From positions 8,636-72,635 of the forward strand of contig CAYTSO010000002.1 of NCBI GenBank assembly GCA_964440545.1: a stretch of 64,000 nt of DNA, given 5' to 3'. The DNA comes from an uncultured Candidatus Saccharibacteria bacterium (lineage in GTDB: Bacteria > Patescibacteriota > Minisyncoccia > Phycocordibacterales > UBA9973). Both the position numbers and the translations under genes were made by a program. The notes beneath the pieces are model-generated. The model worked only from the letters and a program-made list of their open reading frames with translations. It ran no database searches and was not told the origin of the DNA. Shown one piece after another: positions 45,833 through 54,566 of this stretch (positions within the stretch are counted from its first letter, which is position 1; every line of letters begins with the position of its first letter).

Positions 45833-46634
45833 AAAAGCAAAAAGAAAAAAGTTTTTTAAAATTACGCTTGGAATAATTGTTTTAATTGTTTTATTTTATT
45901 TTAGGTTAAATATCTGGAATGGATTTTCTTATACGGCTCACGCAATATTTCGTCCGTTGTTAGTGTTAGGAAATAATACAGAAAACAAATTGCAAAACTT
46001 GCAATCTTATTTTGCTTCGAAAAGTTCCCTAGGGAACGAAAATCAAGAACTTAAATTAAGGCTAGAAAAAGAAGAAGCGCGCATGGCCAATTATGATTCT
46101 TTGTTTATCGAAAATGAAAGACTAAAAGAAATTTTAGAAAGAAAAAGAGAAGAAATTTCAATGACAATCTCCGCTATTTTGTCTCAAACAAATCAAAGTT
46201 TTTACGACTCCCTTATTATTGATGTAGGAAAGAGTCAAAATATAAAAAAAGGAGATATGGTTTTTGGCCTAGGAAATATTCCCATAGGGCGAGTTGCCAA
46301 TGTTTACTCAAATTCGTCCAAGGTAATTTTGTTTTCAACTCCCGGTGAAAAAACAGAGGTAATAATTTCTAGCAAGTCGATCGATCCAGAACAAATCGGG
46401 GGCACTTTTGTTGAGCTGATTGGACGAGGCGGAGGAAATTTTGAAATGATTTTACCTCGAGACTTCATTTTAGAAAAAGGGGATCAAGTCACAATGCCCG
46501 GAATAAATCCTTATGTGGTGGCTGTTGTGGAAACAATCATTTCCGATCCGCGCAATCCCTTCACCAAGGCATTACTCACCAGTCCAGTGAATGTACGAGA
46601 ACTAAAATTTGTGGAGATAGAACGACAGAAATAA
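45813..46634 (+). CDS. mreC: rod shape-determining protein MreC
   Basis: N-terminal TM segment, a coiled coil and C-terminal beta domains. Located immediately after mreB. Confidence 0.75.
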   Translation: MSYLLDKKAKRKKFFKITLGIIVLIVLFYFRLNIWNGFSYTAHAIFRPLLVLGNNTENKLQNLQSYFASKSSLGNENQELKLRLEKEEARMANYDSLFIENERLKEILERKREEISMTISAILSQTNQSFYDSLIIDVGKSQNIKKGDMVFGLGNIPIGRVANVYSNSSKVILFSTPGEKTEVIISSKSIDPEQIGGTFVELIGRGGGNFEMILPRDFILEKGDQVTMPGINPYVVAVVETIISDPRNPFTKALLTSPVNVRELKFVEIERQK

Positions 46635-47947
46635 TGAAATTTAAAATACAGAAAAAGCTTAAAAATAGCTTAGGAAGAGTTGGTGTTTTAGAAACCAACC
46701 ATGGAGTTATAGAGACCCCAGCTTTTGTGGCAGTGGGGACGAAAGCGACGATTAAATCCTTAAATCCTGAACAGGTGCGTGAGGCTGGTACGCAAATAGT
46801 GCTTGGAAATACTTATCATTTATATTTACAACCAGGCGACGAAGTTGTTCGAGACGCAGGTGGAATCGGAAAATTCATGAACTGGAAGGGGCCAACCATG
46901 ACGGACTCCGGTGGTTTCCAGGTTTTTTCTTTAGGTGTGGCCTACGGAAAAGATATTTCTAAAATCACTAAAATTACAGATCCATCACTTTTAATTCCAG
47001 AACGTTTTGATGATAGTGATGCGCCGAGATTAGCAAAAATCGGAGCGGATGGTGTTTCTTTTAAGTCCCATCTAGACGGTTCCATTCATTACATTACTCC
47101 AGAGAAATCAATTCAAATTCAACATAATCTTGGGGCGGATATAATTTTTGCTTTTGACGAATGTACTAGCCCGGCGGAAGACTTGCGTTATCAGGAAGAG
47201 GCGCTAGAACGGACTCATCGTTGGGCGGAGAGGAGTTTGAGAGAGCATCAAAAGCTGGAAAATCAAAAACAAGTTCGTTCTCAGGTCCTCGGCTCTCCTT
47301 CGCCTTCGGCTCGGCCAGACCATTCGCCCGAACATGTTTTTGATTTTCCTCAAGCACTTTTTGGTATCGTGCAAGGTGGGCGAGAAGAATCATTGCGAAA
47401 AAAATCTGCTAAAATTATTTCAGAAATGCGAGTCTTCTCTCCTTTGGGGAGGGCGGAGGGAGGGGTTGGTTTTGATGGTTTTGGTATTGGTGGTAGTTTT
47501 GCCAAGGAAGATATGTCTTCTGCGGTGAGGTGGGTGAATGAAATATTGCCCGAAGAAAAACCCAGGCACCTATTGGGTATAGGGGAGCCAGAGGATTTGT
47601 TTATGGGCATAGAGAACGGCGTAGATCTTTTTGATTGTGTTCTGCCCACTCGTTTAGGCAGAAACGGGACAATTTATACTAGAAAGGGAAAAATTATTAT
47701 TACTAACGCAAAATTCAGAAACGATTTTGCTCCCATCGAAAAGGATTGTCAGTGCTACACCTGTCAGCATTACACCAAGGCTTATATCGCGCACCTTTTC
47801 CACGGGAAAGAGATGCTTGCCGGAACCCTATCCTCTTTGCATAATTTGTATTTTATTGTTAATCTAGTGGGGAGGATTCGACGGTCAATTTTAGATGATA
47901 ATTTTTTTGAGTTTAAAAAAGAATTTTTAAGCGAATATCTTAAATAG
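46634..47947 (+). CDS. tgt: queuine tRNA-ribosyltransferase with a ~25-aa GC-rich insert around 47270-47340
   Basis: Motifs ETPAFVAVGTKATIKSL, LGNTYHLY and the C-terminal zinc motif CQCYTCQHYTKAYIAHL. Confidence 0.9.
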   Translation: MKFKIQKKLKNSLGRVGVLETNHGVIETPAFVAVGTKATIKSLNPEQVREAGTQIVLGNTYHLYLQPGDEVVRDAGGIGKFMNWKGPTMTDSGGFQVFSLGVAYGKDISKITKITDPSLLIPERFDDSDAPRLAKIGADGVSFKSHLDGSIHYITPEKSIQIQHNLGADIIFAFDECTSPAEDLRYQEEALERTHRWAERSLREHQKLENQKQVRSQVLGSPSPSARPDHSPEHVFDFPQALFGIVQGGREESLRKKSAKIISEMRVFSPLGRAEGGVGFDGFGIGGSFAKEDMSSAVRWVNEILPEEKPRHLLGIGEPEDLFMGIENGVDLFDCVLPTRLGRNGTIYTRKGKIIITNAKFRNDFAPIEKDCQCYTCQHYTKAYIAHLFHGKEMLAGTLSSLHNLYFIVNLVGRIRRSILDDNFFEFKKEFLSEYLK

Positions 47948-47951
47948 TTTC

Positions 47952-48167
47952 ATGTTTCAAAATTTTTTGCTAAAAAAAATGCTTCGCACTCAGGGTGTGC
48001 CGGAAGCGCAGATAGACATGTTTATAAAGATGATGGAAAAAAATCCGGAACTTTTTAAAAATATCGCTAAAGAGATCCAGGAGAAAACTAAGGGCGGCAT
48101 GGATCAAACAGCCGCCTCCATGGAGGTAATGAAAAAATACGAAGCTGAATTAAGAAAATTAATTTAG
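47952..48167 (+). CDS. small hypothetical protein (71 aa)
   Basis: ORF only. Confidence 0.35.
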   Translation: MFQNFLLKKMLRTQGVPEAQIDMFIKMMEKNPELFKNIAKEIQEKTKGGMDQTAASMEVMKKYEAELRKLI

Positions 48168-48178
48168 CCAAAAAGAAG

Positions 48179-49576
48179 ATGAAAAAGAAAAAGGCTAAAA
48201 AGCCGGGGAAAAATTGGAGAAAGTTTTGGAAGCTTGGAGTAGAGGAATTCAATACTCAATTTTTTGACGTGAACAAGGAAGGCGAGCTAACAGCCACTGA
48301 AGGCAATCATGTTTATAACTTAAGTAATTTAGCTCGCAAATATGGTACGCCCTTGCAAGTAATATTTCCGTTCATCATTGAAGATCGTGTTAAAGATTTA
48401 ATCGGTTATTTCCAGGCTTACATTAAAATTTTTGGTTACAAAGGAAAATTCTTTTACCACTATCCAATGAAGGTTAACCAAAACAGAGAGTTTGTGCTTC
48501 CGGTTCTTTCTGAAGGCGCAAACCTGGAAGTGACCTCAGCCAACGAACTTTGGATAGTAAAAAAACTTTGGGAGGGGGAAAGATTTAACAGCAAAATTCG
48601 AGTATTATGTAATGGCCCCAAAACCGATCAGTACCTAGATTTAGTAGAGGAGTTAAGAGAGAAAGGCATGAACATTGTACCGATCATCGAGTCTCTTGAG
48701 GAAGTAGAAAGAGTTTCAAAATATAAAGGGGACGTGGGAGTGCGGGTAGATTTGGAAATTAGAGCAGATACTCATTGGGACAAAAAGTTTGATCGCTTCG
48801 GCCTTTCAGAAAAAGATGCTCTTAATTTAGATAAACTAAAAAATTTGAAGATTATGCATTACCACGTAGGTTCGCAAGTTAAAACCCAGAAAAGTATTTT
48901 AGATGGAGTAAAACATGGATTTAGTATTTATGCACAATTGCAAAAAACCCATCCATCTCTGGATACTTTGGACATTGGAGGTGGATTTGGTATTCCCTAC
49001 GAAAAGAAAAAATTTTATACAGCCAAGGTTGTTTCCAGCAAGATTATTAAGACCCTAAAAAATTTGTCAGATAAGGCTGGAATCAAACACCCCAACCTCG
49101 CCGTAGAGTGGGGGCAGTATGTTGTTGCTCCTGCCCAGGTCACGATTTACAAAGTGCTTTCTAGAAAAGTTATACCTAAAGCAAATGCTAAAGTTTGGCA
49201 AATTATTGACGGTAGCTTTATTAATGATTTAAAAGACACTTGGGCTATTCATCAAAGGTGGTATGCTATTCCGGCAAACAATATGCACAGTAGACTGAGG
49301 ACTGTTTGGCTTGCCGGTAGTACTTGTGATTCAGACGACAAATACACTGCTGGAGGAAATTATATTTTGATGCCAAAATTTTACGAAGACGAGGATCAAT
49401 TTGTGGCTATCCTAGATACTGGCGCTTACCAAGACGGATTGGCCTCGCATCATTGTCTTTTGGCTGCACCCATGAAGATCGTTGCTCAAGGTGGAGTAAT
49501 TAAAATAGCTCGCAAAAGAGAGAACGCTGATTCTATTGGAAAACTTTTTGGTTGGACAAACGGAGATCATAAATAA
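48179..49576 (+). CDS. PLP-dependent Orn/DAP/Arg decarboxylase family 2 protein, most like biosynthetic arginine decarboxylase (SpeA-type, short form)
   Basis: TIM-barrel PLP motif YPMKVN and HYHVGSQ (SpeA-like HxHxGSQ). Lys-rich N-terminus. Confidence 0.6.
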   Translation: MKKKKAKKPGKNWRKFWKLGVEEFNTQFFDVNKEGELTATEGNHVYNLSNLARKYGTPLQVIFPFIIEDRVKDLIGYFQAYIKIFGYKGKFFYHYPMKVNQNREFVLPVLSEGANLEVTSANELWIVKKLWEGERFNSKIRVLCNGPKTDQYLDLVEELREKGMNIVPIIESLEEVERVSKYKGDVGVRVDLEIRADTHWDKKFDRFGLSEKDALNLDKLKNLKIMHYHVGSQVKTQKSILDGVKHGFSIYAQLQKTHPSLDTLDIGGGFGIPYEKKKFYTAKVVSSKIIKTLKNLSDKAGIKHPNLAVEWGQYVVAPAQVTIYKVLSRKVIPKANAKVWQIIDGSFINDLKDTWAIHQRWYAIPANNMHSRLRTVWLAGSTCDSDDKYTAGGNYILMPKFYEDEDQFVAILDTGAYQDGLASHHCLLAAPMKIVAQGGVIKIARKRENADSIGKLFGWTNGDHK

Positions 49577-49578
49577 AC

Positions 49579-50034
49579 ATGAAAAAATCTCTTATTCTTC
49601 TTGTCTTTCTTTTGGGTTTTTTTCTAGTTGGGTTTTATTTTGCTAAAAGTCCGCAAAAAAATCCAACAATAGAGAACATAAAAAGTGTTGAAATAGCCGG
49701 ACAAAATATAAAAATTGATTTAGCCCTAACAGCCGAAGAACGTTTTCGGGGTCTTTCTGGAAGAGAATCACTCAAGGAAAACGAAGGATTACTTTTTGTT
49801 TTTGAACGTGAAGGGGCGCATTCATTTTGGATGAAAGATATGAAATTTCCTATAGACATAATTTGGATTAACAAGGAGATGAAAGTAGTTTTTGTAAAAG
49901 AAAAAGCCTTGCCAGAATCTTACCCCGAAAGTTTTTCTTCCGAAAAAGATGCTAAATATGTTTTAGAGGTCTCCTCTGGTTTTTCAGAGAAAAATAACCT
50001 CAAGGTAGGAGACACTGTTCTGTTTGATTTTTAA
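49579..50034 (+). CDS. DUF192 (COG1430) domain protein, membrane-anchored
   Basis: LFVFEREGAHSFWMKDMKFPIDIIWINKEMKVVFV is typical of DUF192. Confidence 0.6.
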   Translation: MKKSLILLVFLLGFFLVGFYFAKSPQKNPTIENIKSVEIAGQNIKIDLALTAEERFRGLSGRESLKENEGLLFVFEREGAHSFWMKDMKFPIDIIWINKEMKVVFVKEKALPESYPESFSSEKDAKYVLEVSSGFSEKNNLKVGDTVLFDF

Positions 50035-50055
50035 AAAATTTATAGTATAATAGCG

Positions 50056-50398
50056 CAGGATCTCCTGTTGGATAGCTACTCCCCGATTTTGTTCGGGGGG
50101 AGGAAAGTCCGAACACACAGTCCTATTTATAGGATTAAACGTAGCGGGTAATACCCGTCGCCCGTGAGGGTAGGGTTGCGAACAGTGACGATGTCGATTT
50201 TGTTTGGTGCTTGCACTGAGCAGGGTCGAAGTGAAACGGCAAAATACCTACGCGTGTGCAAGATCGTGCCCTTCCGTAGCGGAGGGAGAATCGCTTGAGT
50301 CTGCAAGTAATTGCAGGCCTAGACAAATTGCTATCCTTCCTGACTTATGTTGGGGAGCACAGAATTCGGCTTATAGACAGGAGGTCACTAAATGAAAA
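50056..50398 (+). ncRNA. rnpB: RNase P RNA (bacterial type)
   Basis: Conserved GGAAAGTCCG (50099-50110) and ACAGAATTCGGCTTAT (matching the ACAGAAyyCGGCUUA consensus). The P1 helix GATCTCCTG/CAGGAGGTC closes the ends. A TATAAT box sits at 50046-50051. Confidence 0.8.
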
Positions 50399-50403
50399 AT
50401 CCC

Positions 50404-50432
50404 CTTGCAAGAGGGGATTTTTCTGTAAAACT
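50404..50432 (+). terminator. rho-independent terminator after rnpB
   Basis: Hairpin ATCCCCT-TGCAAG-AGGGGAT followed by TTTT. Confidence 0.55.
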
Positions 50433-50475
50433 TGCATTTTTTATAAGAATATGCTATACTCGCTTTGTGAGTGTG

Positions 50476-50552
50476 AGGTTATTCTCACATTTTATCGTAA
50501 CAACATAAGTGCCGCAAAAACACCCTTCGGGGTGTTTTTGTTTTTTAGATTT
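50476..50552 (+). ncRNA. candidate small RNA (~75 nt) with its own promoter and intrinsic terminator
   Basis: -35 TTGCAT (50441-46), a 17-nt spacer, -10 TATACT (50464-69). Internal hairpin TGTGAG...CTCACA. Terminator AAAACACCC-TTCG-GGGTGTTTTT plus a T-run (50524-50556). No ORF. Confidence 0.4.
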
Positions 50553-50633
50553 GATATAATATAAAGGGTTATTTAAGCTAATAAAATAGTCACTTATTAG
50601 TCTATTGACTTTATAACATATATATGATAAAAT

Positions 50634-50903
50634 ATGGGTATGGAAAATAAAAAATCTTTTGAGTTCGAGGTACTAGACGGTGAAGAGGCTCGAAAAAAGG
50701 TAGAGGCAGAGGAGCTCGCAAGAAAAGAAAAGTTAGAGGCCTTGCATAAAGCTGGAGAAGAGTATTTTAAAACTCCTGAGGGTGAAGCTTTGTTAAAAAG
50801 AAATGAAGGCGTGGAAATAGAATTTCCGGAGATGCAAAATAAAAAAACTGCAGAAGAAGCTCAAGCAGAAGAGCTCAAGAAAAAAATTGAAGGATTAATG
50901 TAA
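50634..50903 (+). CDS. small Glu/Lys-rich hypothetical protein. A promoter -10 box abuts the ATG, so it is possibly leaderless; the alternative start is 50640.
   Basis: TTGACT, a 17-nt spacer, then TAAAAT at 50605-50633. The ORF is charged and coiled-coil-like. Confidence 0.4.
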   Translation: MGMENKKSFEFEVLDGEEARKKVEAEELARKEKLEALHKAGEEYFKTPEGEALLKRNEGVEIEFPEMQNKKTAEEAQAEELKKKIEGLM

Positions 50904-50928
50904 TTATTAAATTAATTAATAAAATTTT

Positions 50929-51162
50929 ATGGAAAAAGAAACACCAGAAGAGTATGTAGCCCGAGTGGAAAAAGAATTAAATCCCAAGGGGGAAGAAATA
51001 GAAGTCTCTTTCCCAGAGCATGAAAAATGGAAGAAAAACGTAGCTCAGCTAAAAGAGGAAAAGGAGGCATTTAAAAAAAAGCAGGAAGAAAGGCTTAAAG
51101 GAGGAATCGAAGAAGCTATAGAAAATGAAGGAGAATCTGATAAAAAAGAAGCTCAGGGATAA
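50929..51162 (+). CDS. small Glu/Lys-rich hypothetical protein
   Basis: ORF followed by the terminator AACACCCGTTGGGTGTTTTTT (51185-51208). Confidence 0.4.
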   Translation: MEKETPEEYVARVEKELNPKGEEIEVSFPEHEKWKKNVAQLKEEKEAFKKKQEERLKGGIEEAIENEGESDKKEAQG

Positions 51163-51209
51163 TCACAGAAAACATACACACAAAAAACACCCGTTGGGTG
51201 TTTTTTGTG

Positions 51210-51283
51210 TGGTGGACCTAGCGAGAATCGAACTCGCGCTTCGACAATGCGAATGTCGCGTAATACCACTTTACTATAGGCCC
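51210..51283 (-). tRNA. tRNA-Ala(CGC), CCA-encoded
   Basis: The reverse complement GGGCCTA...TAGGTCCACCA has the G3:U70 pair, anticodon stem CGACA/TGTCG, loop TTCGCAT (CGC) and T-loop TTCGATT. Confidence 0.75.
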
Positions 51284-51290
51284 TTTGTTA

Positions 51291-51366
51291 TGGTGGACCC
51301 AAGGAGACTCGAACTCCTTACCTCCTCATTGCAAATGAGGCGCTCTACCAGATGAGCTATGGGCCC
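51291..51366 (-). tRNA. tRNA-Ala(UGC), CCA-encoded
   Basis: The reverse complement GGGCCCATAGCTCATCTGGTAGAGCGCCTCATTTGCAATGAGG... has G3:U70 and anticodon loop TTTGCAA (TGC). Confidence 0.85.
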
Positions 51367-51369
51367 AGA

Positions 51370-51440
51370 TATTTATTTTTCAACACGAACCTTTGCCCTT
51401 CTGTTGCCTTCACGAGACGCTACAGATGAGCTATGGGCCC
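51370..51440 (-). pseudogene. tRNA-Ala remnant: the 5' 18 nt is identical to tRNA-Ala(UGC), followed by a degenerate body
   Basis: GGGCCCATAGCTCATCTG matches the tRNA 5' end, then the sequence diverges (a GGTTCG-like T-loop remnant, no cloverleaf). Confidence 0.4.
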
Positions 51441-51577
51441 AAACAATAAAATTATTCTATCTTATTTTGTTGATAATGCAAATTTTATTATTGTTTTTTC
51501 TCCAGTTTTTGCTAATATAATAGAAGTTCATTCATTAATTAAATACATTCCGGAGTAGTTTAAATACTTTGGAAAAT

Positions 51578-51649
51578 TCCGGGGTAGCTCAGCGGTAGAG
51601 CGGTCGCCTGTTAAGCGATTGGTCGTAGGTTCGATCCCTACCCCCGGAG
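51578..51649 (+). tRNA. tRNA-Asn(GUU)
   Basis: Acceptor TCCGGGG/CCCCGGA, D-arm GCTC-AGCGGTAGA-GC, anticodon stem GTCGC/GCGAT with loop CTGTTAA (GTT), T-arm GTAGG-TTCGATC-CCTAC. A U1 start, as in E. coli tRNA-Asn. Confidence 0.8.
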
Positions 51650-51703
51650 CTAGTGAACATTGTGCACTTTGTATACTTTTAAAAAAGGTGTAATATTTAC
51701 ATT

Positions 51704-52105
51704 ATGAAAAATTTTGAAGATTCTATTACACGAAAAAATTTTGAAGAAGACACAAGAAAACTCGCCGCAAAACAGCAAAAAGAAGATGAAAAAGCCGCAA
51801 AACAAGAACTTGTTGAGGAGGAAGAAATAAATCCTGAGGAAGCAAGAAAAGCCCAGACAGAAAAAGAAAGGCTTGAACGCCCGCAAAATATTTTTGTAAA
51901 TAAAAGGCAGCTAGATAAGTTGGAGAGGGAAAAAGAGCTAGAATTAAAGAGTGTAAGTCTTTATGGTAGGGTATTGATGCCTGGAGAAGAGGTCATTTTG
52001 GTAGATGAAAATATGAAAGAACACAAGGCAAGGTTTAAGGAGTTACTAAAAACGACGAAGGATGGAAGCGTAACTATTAAAGTTGTTTTGACTGAAACAG
52101 AATAA
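51704..52105 (+). CDS. hypothetical charged protein (133 aa)
   Basis: ORF only. Confidence 0.35.
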   Translation: MKNFEDSITRKNFEEDTRKLAAKQQKEDEKAAKQELVEEEEINPEEARKAQTEKERLERPQNIFVNKRQLDKLEREKELELKSVSLYGRVLMPGEEVILVDENMKEHKARFKELLKTTKDGSVTIKVVLTETE

Positions 52106-52250
52106 TATTTCTTCGAACATTATTCCACACCCGGAGTCAAATAAGTTACCGTTGATATTTGTTTATGTTGTGGTATAAATAATTTAGTAATTTTGTTTTC
52201 TGTTCTTTAAAGCATGGGATGGGTGTAAAAATCTACAAAAGGAGGAAACC

Positions 52251-52445
52251 ATGGAGACCTTAGTGATATGCGGGTGTTTTCTAGTTTCAGTCGGTTGCAT
52301 CATTGCCTGTCTTTGGGCGGGTAGGTGTAGAGAGTGCGGAAGTCTAAATAATTGGCACACCGGCGGAAATCATGATAAATATTTTCGCCGAAATAGAGAA
52401 GAGGAATATTATATCCAGTGCCGCAAATGCGGACACCGAGAATAA
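52251..52445 (+). CDS. small Cys-rich (zinc-ribbon-like) membrane-anchored protein
   Basis: Strong SD AAAGGAGG 8 nt upstream. Motifs CRECGS...CRKCGH. Confidence 0.45.
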   Translation: METLVICGCFLVSVGCIIACLWAGRCRECGSLNNWHTGGNHDKYFRRNREEEYYIQCRKCGHRE

Positions 52446-52559
52446 AACCATTTGCGTCTTGAGGCAAGTGGTTTTTTTGTAGAGAATCGTAAATAATACT
52501 ATTTAAACAAAACTAGATTAATATTGTTGACAAATTATTATTTGGTATAATAAAAAGGT

Positions 52560-53753
52560 ATGAAAAAAAACACATTGTTTTTGCTCACTGGAGCAATCGT
52601 TTTTACATTATTAGTAAACGTGATTGATGTAAACTTTGCTTTGGCTTATTATGATTCTGGCTGTGGTCCAAATGGACCTTTCAGTGCCACTACTGGAAAA
52701 CCTTGCGACACCAGTTCTGTTATTGTATGTCCGGCAGGTCACTTGTATAGCGCTTTTACCGGTCAACGCTGTAATTCATGGCAAAATGCGACCTCTGGTA
52801 CAGCTACTAGTCAATTTCAAATTGGCTCAAGGGGGGAAAGCGTAAAGGCATTTCAACAAACGTTGGTTAACGCTGGTTATTCCTTAAAAGTTGATGGAAT
52901 CTATGGTCCGATTACTGACCGCGCCGCCAAAAGTTATTATGCCGGTCTAGCAGTCTCTTTAGCCCAGGCGGATGGTTCTTCTTCTGTTTTGCCAGCTTCA
53001 GTTGCGACCCAAAATCAAATTGTCACAGAAACTTCTGCTTCCACTACCGATACCACTATTTCAGCGACTGTTCCTTCTGTGGACGTTCCTGCTACAACAC
53101 CTGTTGTTCCGCCGGTTACCACAACCCCAAGTGAACTCACTTTTTCAGTTTCTGGTCCAAGATACCTTATTGCCAACCAAGAAGGAGTTTGGGTAGCCTC
53201 AGTAGGCAATAAAGGGCAAGGAACTCTTTCCTATTCAGTTAATTGGGGAGATGGAAACACCTCCTCAAGCGTACCCCAGTTTTTAGGTGTAGTTAATCCT
53301 CCAATTTTTACTCACTCTTATATCCTGAGAGGAGCAACTTATAATCCCGTGTTTACAGTTATTAGTAGTGATGGCCGCAGGGCAAGCACTAGTTTGAGTG
53401 TGACAATAACAGGCACCGATGTTGGTAGGTTAAATATTCAACCAGGCAAAAATGTGATTAGCGCAGGGGGGTCTGTTTCCTTGCAGGCAATGTATGATGG
53501 ATGCACGAGTACCGACTTATCACTTTGTCCTGGGCCAGGGGCGTCCATTAAGGCAGTTAAAGCGATCTGGTCTTCAAGTAACCCGGAAATTGGCACAGTG
53601 GGGTATAAAAGTATTTGTCTTCCAAATACTATTTGTTCTGGAGAGCTTACAGCTGTGGCAAATGCTATTTCTAAAGGAATGACAATAATTATCGCAACGT
53701 ATCAATCTCCATTAGGTCCAGTAACTGCTTGGGCTCCAGTCACCGTGAAATAA
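52560..53753 (+). CDS. secreted protein with a peptidoglycan-binding domain (PG_binding_1-like) and a PKD-like Ig domain
   Basis: Signal peptide. GSRGESVKAFQQTLVNAGYSLKVDGIYGPITDRAAK is a PG-binding motif. NWGDGNTSS is a PKD-type motif. A Thr/Val/Pro-rich linker separates them. Confidence 0.6.
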   Translation: MKKNTLFLLTGAIVFTLLVNVIDVNFALAYYDSGCGPNGPFSATTGKPCDTSSVIVCPAGHLYSAFTGQRCNSWQNATSGTATSQFQIGSRGESVKAFQQTLVNAGYSLKVDGIYGPITDRAAKSYYAGLAVSLAQADGSSSVLPASVATQNQIVTETSASTTDTTISATVPSVDVPATTPVVPPVTTTPSELTFSVSGPRYLIANQEGVWVASVGNKGQGTLSYSVNWGDGNTSSSVPQFLGVVNPPIFTHSYILRGATYNPVFTVISSDGRRASTSLSVTITGTDVGRLNIQPGKNVISAGGSVSLQAMYDGCTSTDLSLCPGPGASIKAVKAIWSSSNPEIGTVGYKSICLPNTICSGELTAVANAISKGMTIIIATYQSPLGPVTAWAPVTVK

Positions 53754-53774
53754 ATTAATATACATTCTAACGAA

Positions 53775-53805
53775 AAATAGCCCCAAATCGGCTATTTTTC
53801 TTTAA
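53775..53805 (+). terminator. rho-independent terminator
   Basis: Hairpin AATAGCC-CCAAATC-GGCTATT followed by TTTCTTT. Confidence 0.5.
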
Positions 53806-53889
53806 ATTTTCTGTTTACTTTTTGCTTATGTTGATGGAGTTTTTTACTCGTTAGGGGATTATGATATAATTTTTTTATCTATTGAATAT

Positions 53890-54093
53890 ATGAATTATAA
53901 TATTTCAAAACACTTATCTTCAAACCATTGTGGTACTTGTCACGGAGAAGGGGATGGGTTCCGATGTCCAAAGTGCGGTCTAGTGGCAAAGTTTTTTGAT
54001 CCTTCTCATTTTCGCGAGTGCAAAGAAAAATCCATGCTAGAAGTAAGATGTAAAAAGTGTGGAGAAGCAGAAAGCAATTGCAAGTGCCCCTAG
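53890..54093 (+). CDS. small Cys-rich zinc-ribbon-like protein (67 aa)
   Basis: Paired CxxC motifs: CGTCH, CPKCG, CKKCG, CKC. Confidence 0.4.
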   Translation: MNYNISKHLSSNHCGTCHGEGDGFRCPKCGLVAKFFDPSHFRECKEKSMLEVRCKKCGEAESNCKCP

Positions 54094-54095
54094 CT

Positions 54096-54386
54096 TTATT
54101 CCTCACTTAGAAAATTTCTCCAATGAAAATCTTCTTGATTATTTTCTGCGGAGTGTTTTTTCAGTATTTCGATAGCTTTTTCTCCAGAAATATGCCCGAG
54201 TATTACATTTGTTTTGGGATCAACTACTGGGAAACCGTCAGTCGGGAAGTGCATGTCTACCTCCTTCCCATCTTTCCAGACGATGGAGACAACGTAGTAG
54301 TTTTTACCATTTTCATATTTAGTTGATTTATAATTCTGTATTCCGCGTGTTTTCGGTTGTTCAGTTTCTGGTTTTTCGAAAGTCAT
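54096..54386 (-). CDS. hypothetical protein (96 aa)
   Basis: ORF only. Confidence 0.35.
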   Translation of the reverse strand: MTFEKPETEQPKTRGIQNYKSTKYENGKNYYVVSIVWKDGKEVDMHFPTDGFPVVDPKTNVILGHISGEKAIEILKKHSAENNQEDFHWRNFLSEE

Positions 54387-54566
54387 ATTGGTATGTTAGC
54401 ACCTAAAATTGGATGAGTAAACAAGTTAAATAATTGAGAAATTGACAGGATTTATTTCCTTGACAAATGCAGTATTTTATGGTATCTTTATTACGGTTGC
54501 ACATTGAAGTTACGTTAACTTAACCATAAGCGAACTACTGCAAAAACATAGAAAGGGAGGTAGGAT

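Noticed and set aside
50056-50398. Alternative interpretation of the structured RNA at 50.06-50.40 kb as tmRNA or 6S RNA
   Set aside because: It contains the RNase P-specific conserved elements (GGAAAGTCCG and ACAGAAyyCGGCUUA) and a P1 helix joining the ends. There is no tag-peptide reading frame or tRNA-Ala-like 3' end.
51370-51440. Possible third functional tRNA-Ala between the tRNA-Ala and tRNA-Asn genes
   Set aside because: Only the 5' 18 nt match. No anticodon arm or T-arm can be folded. It is treated as a remnant.
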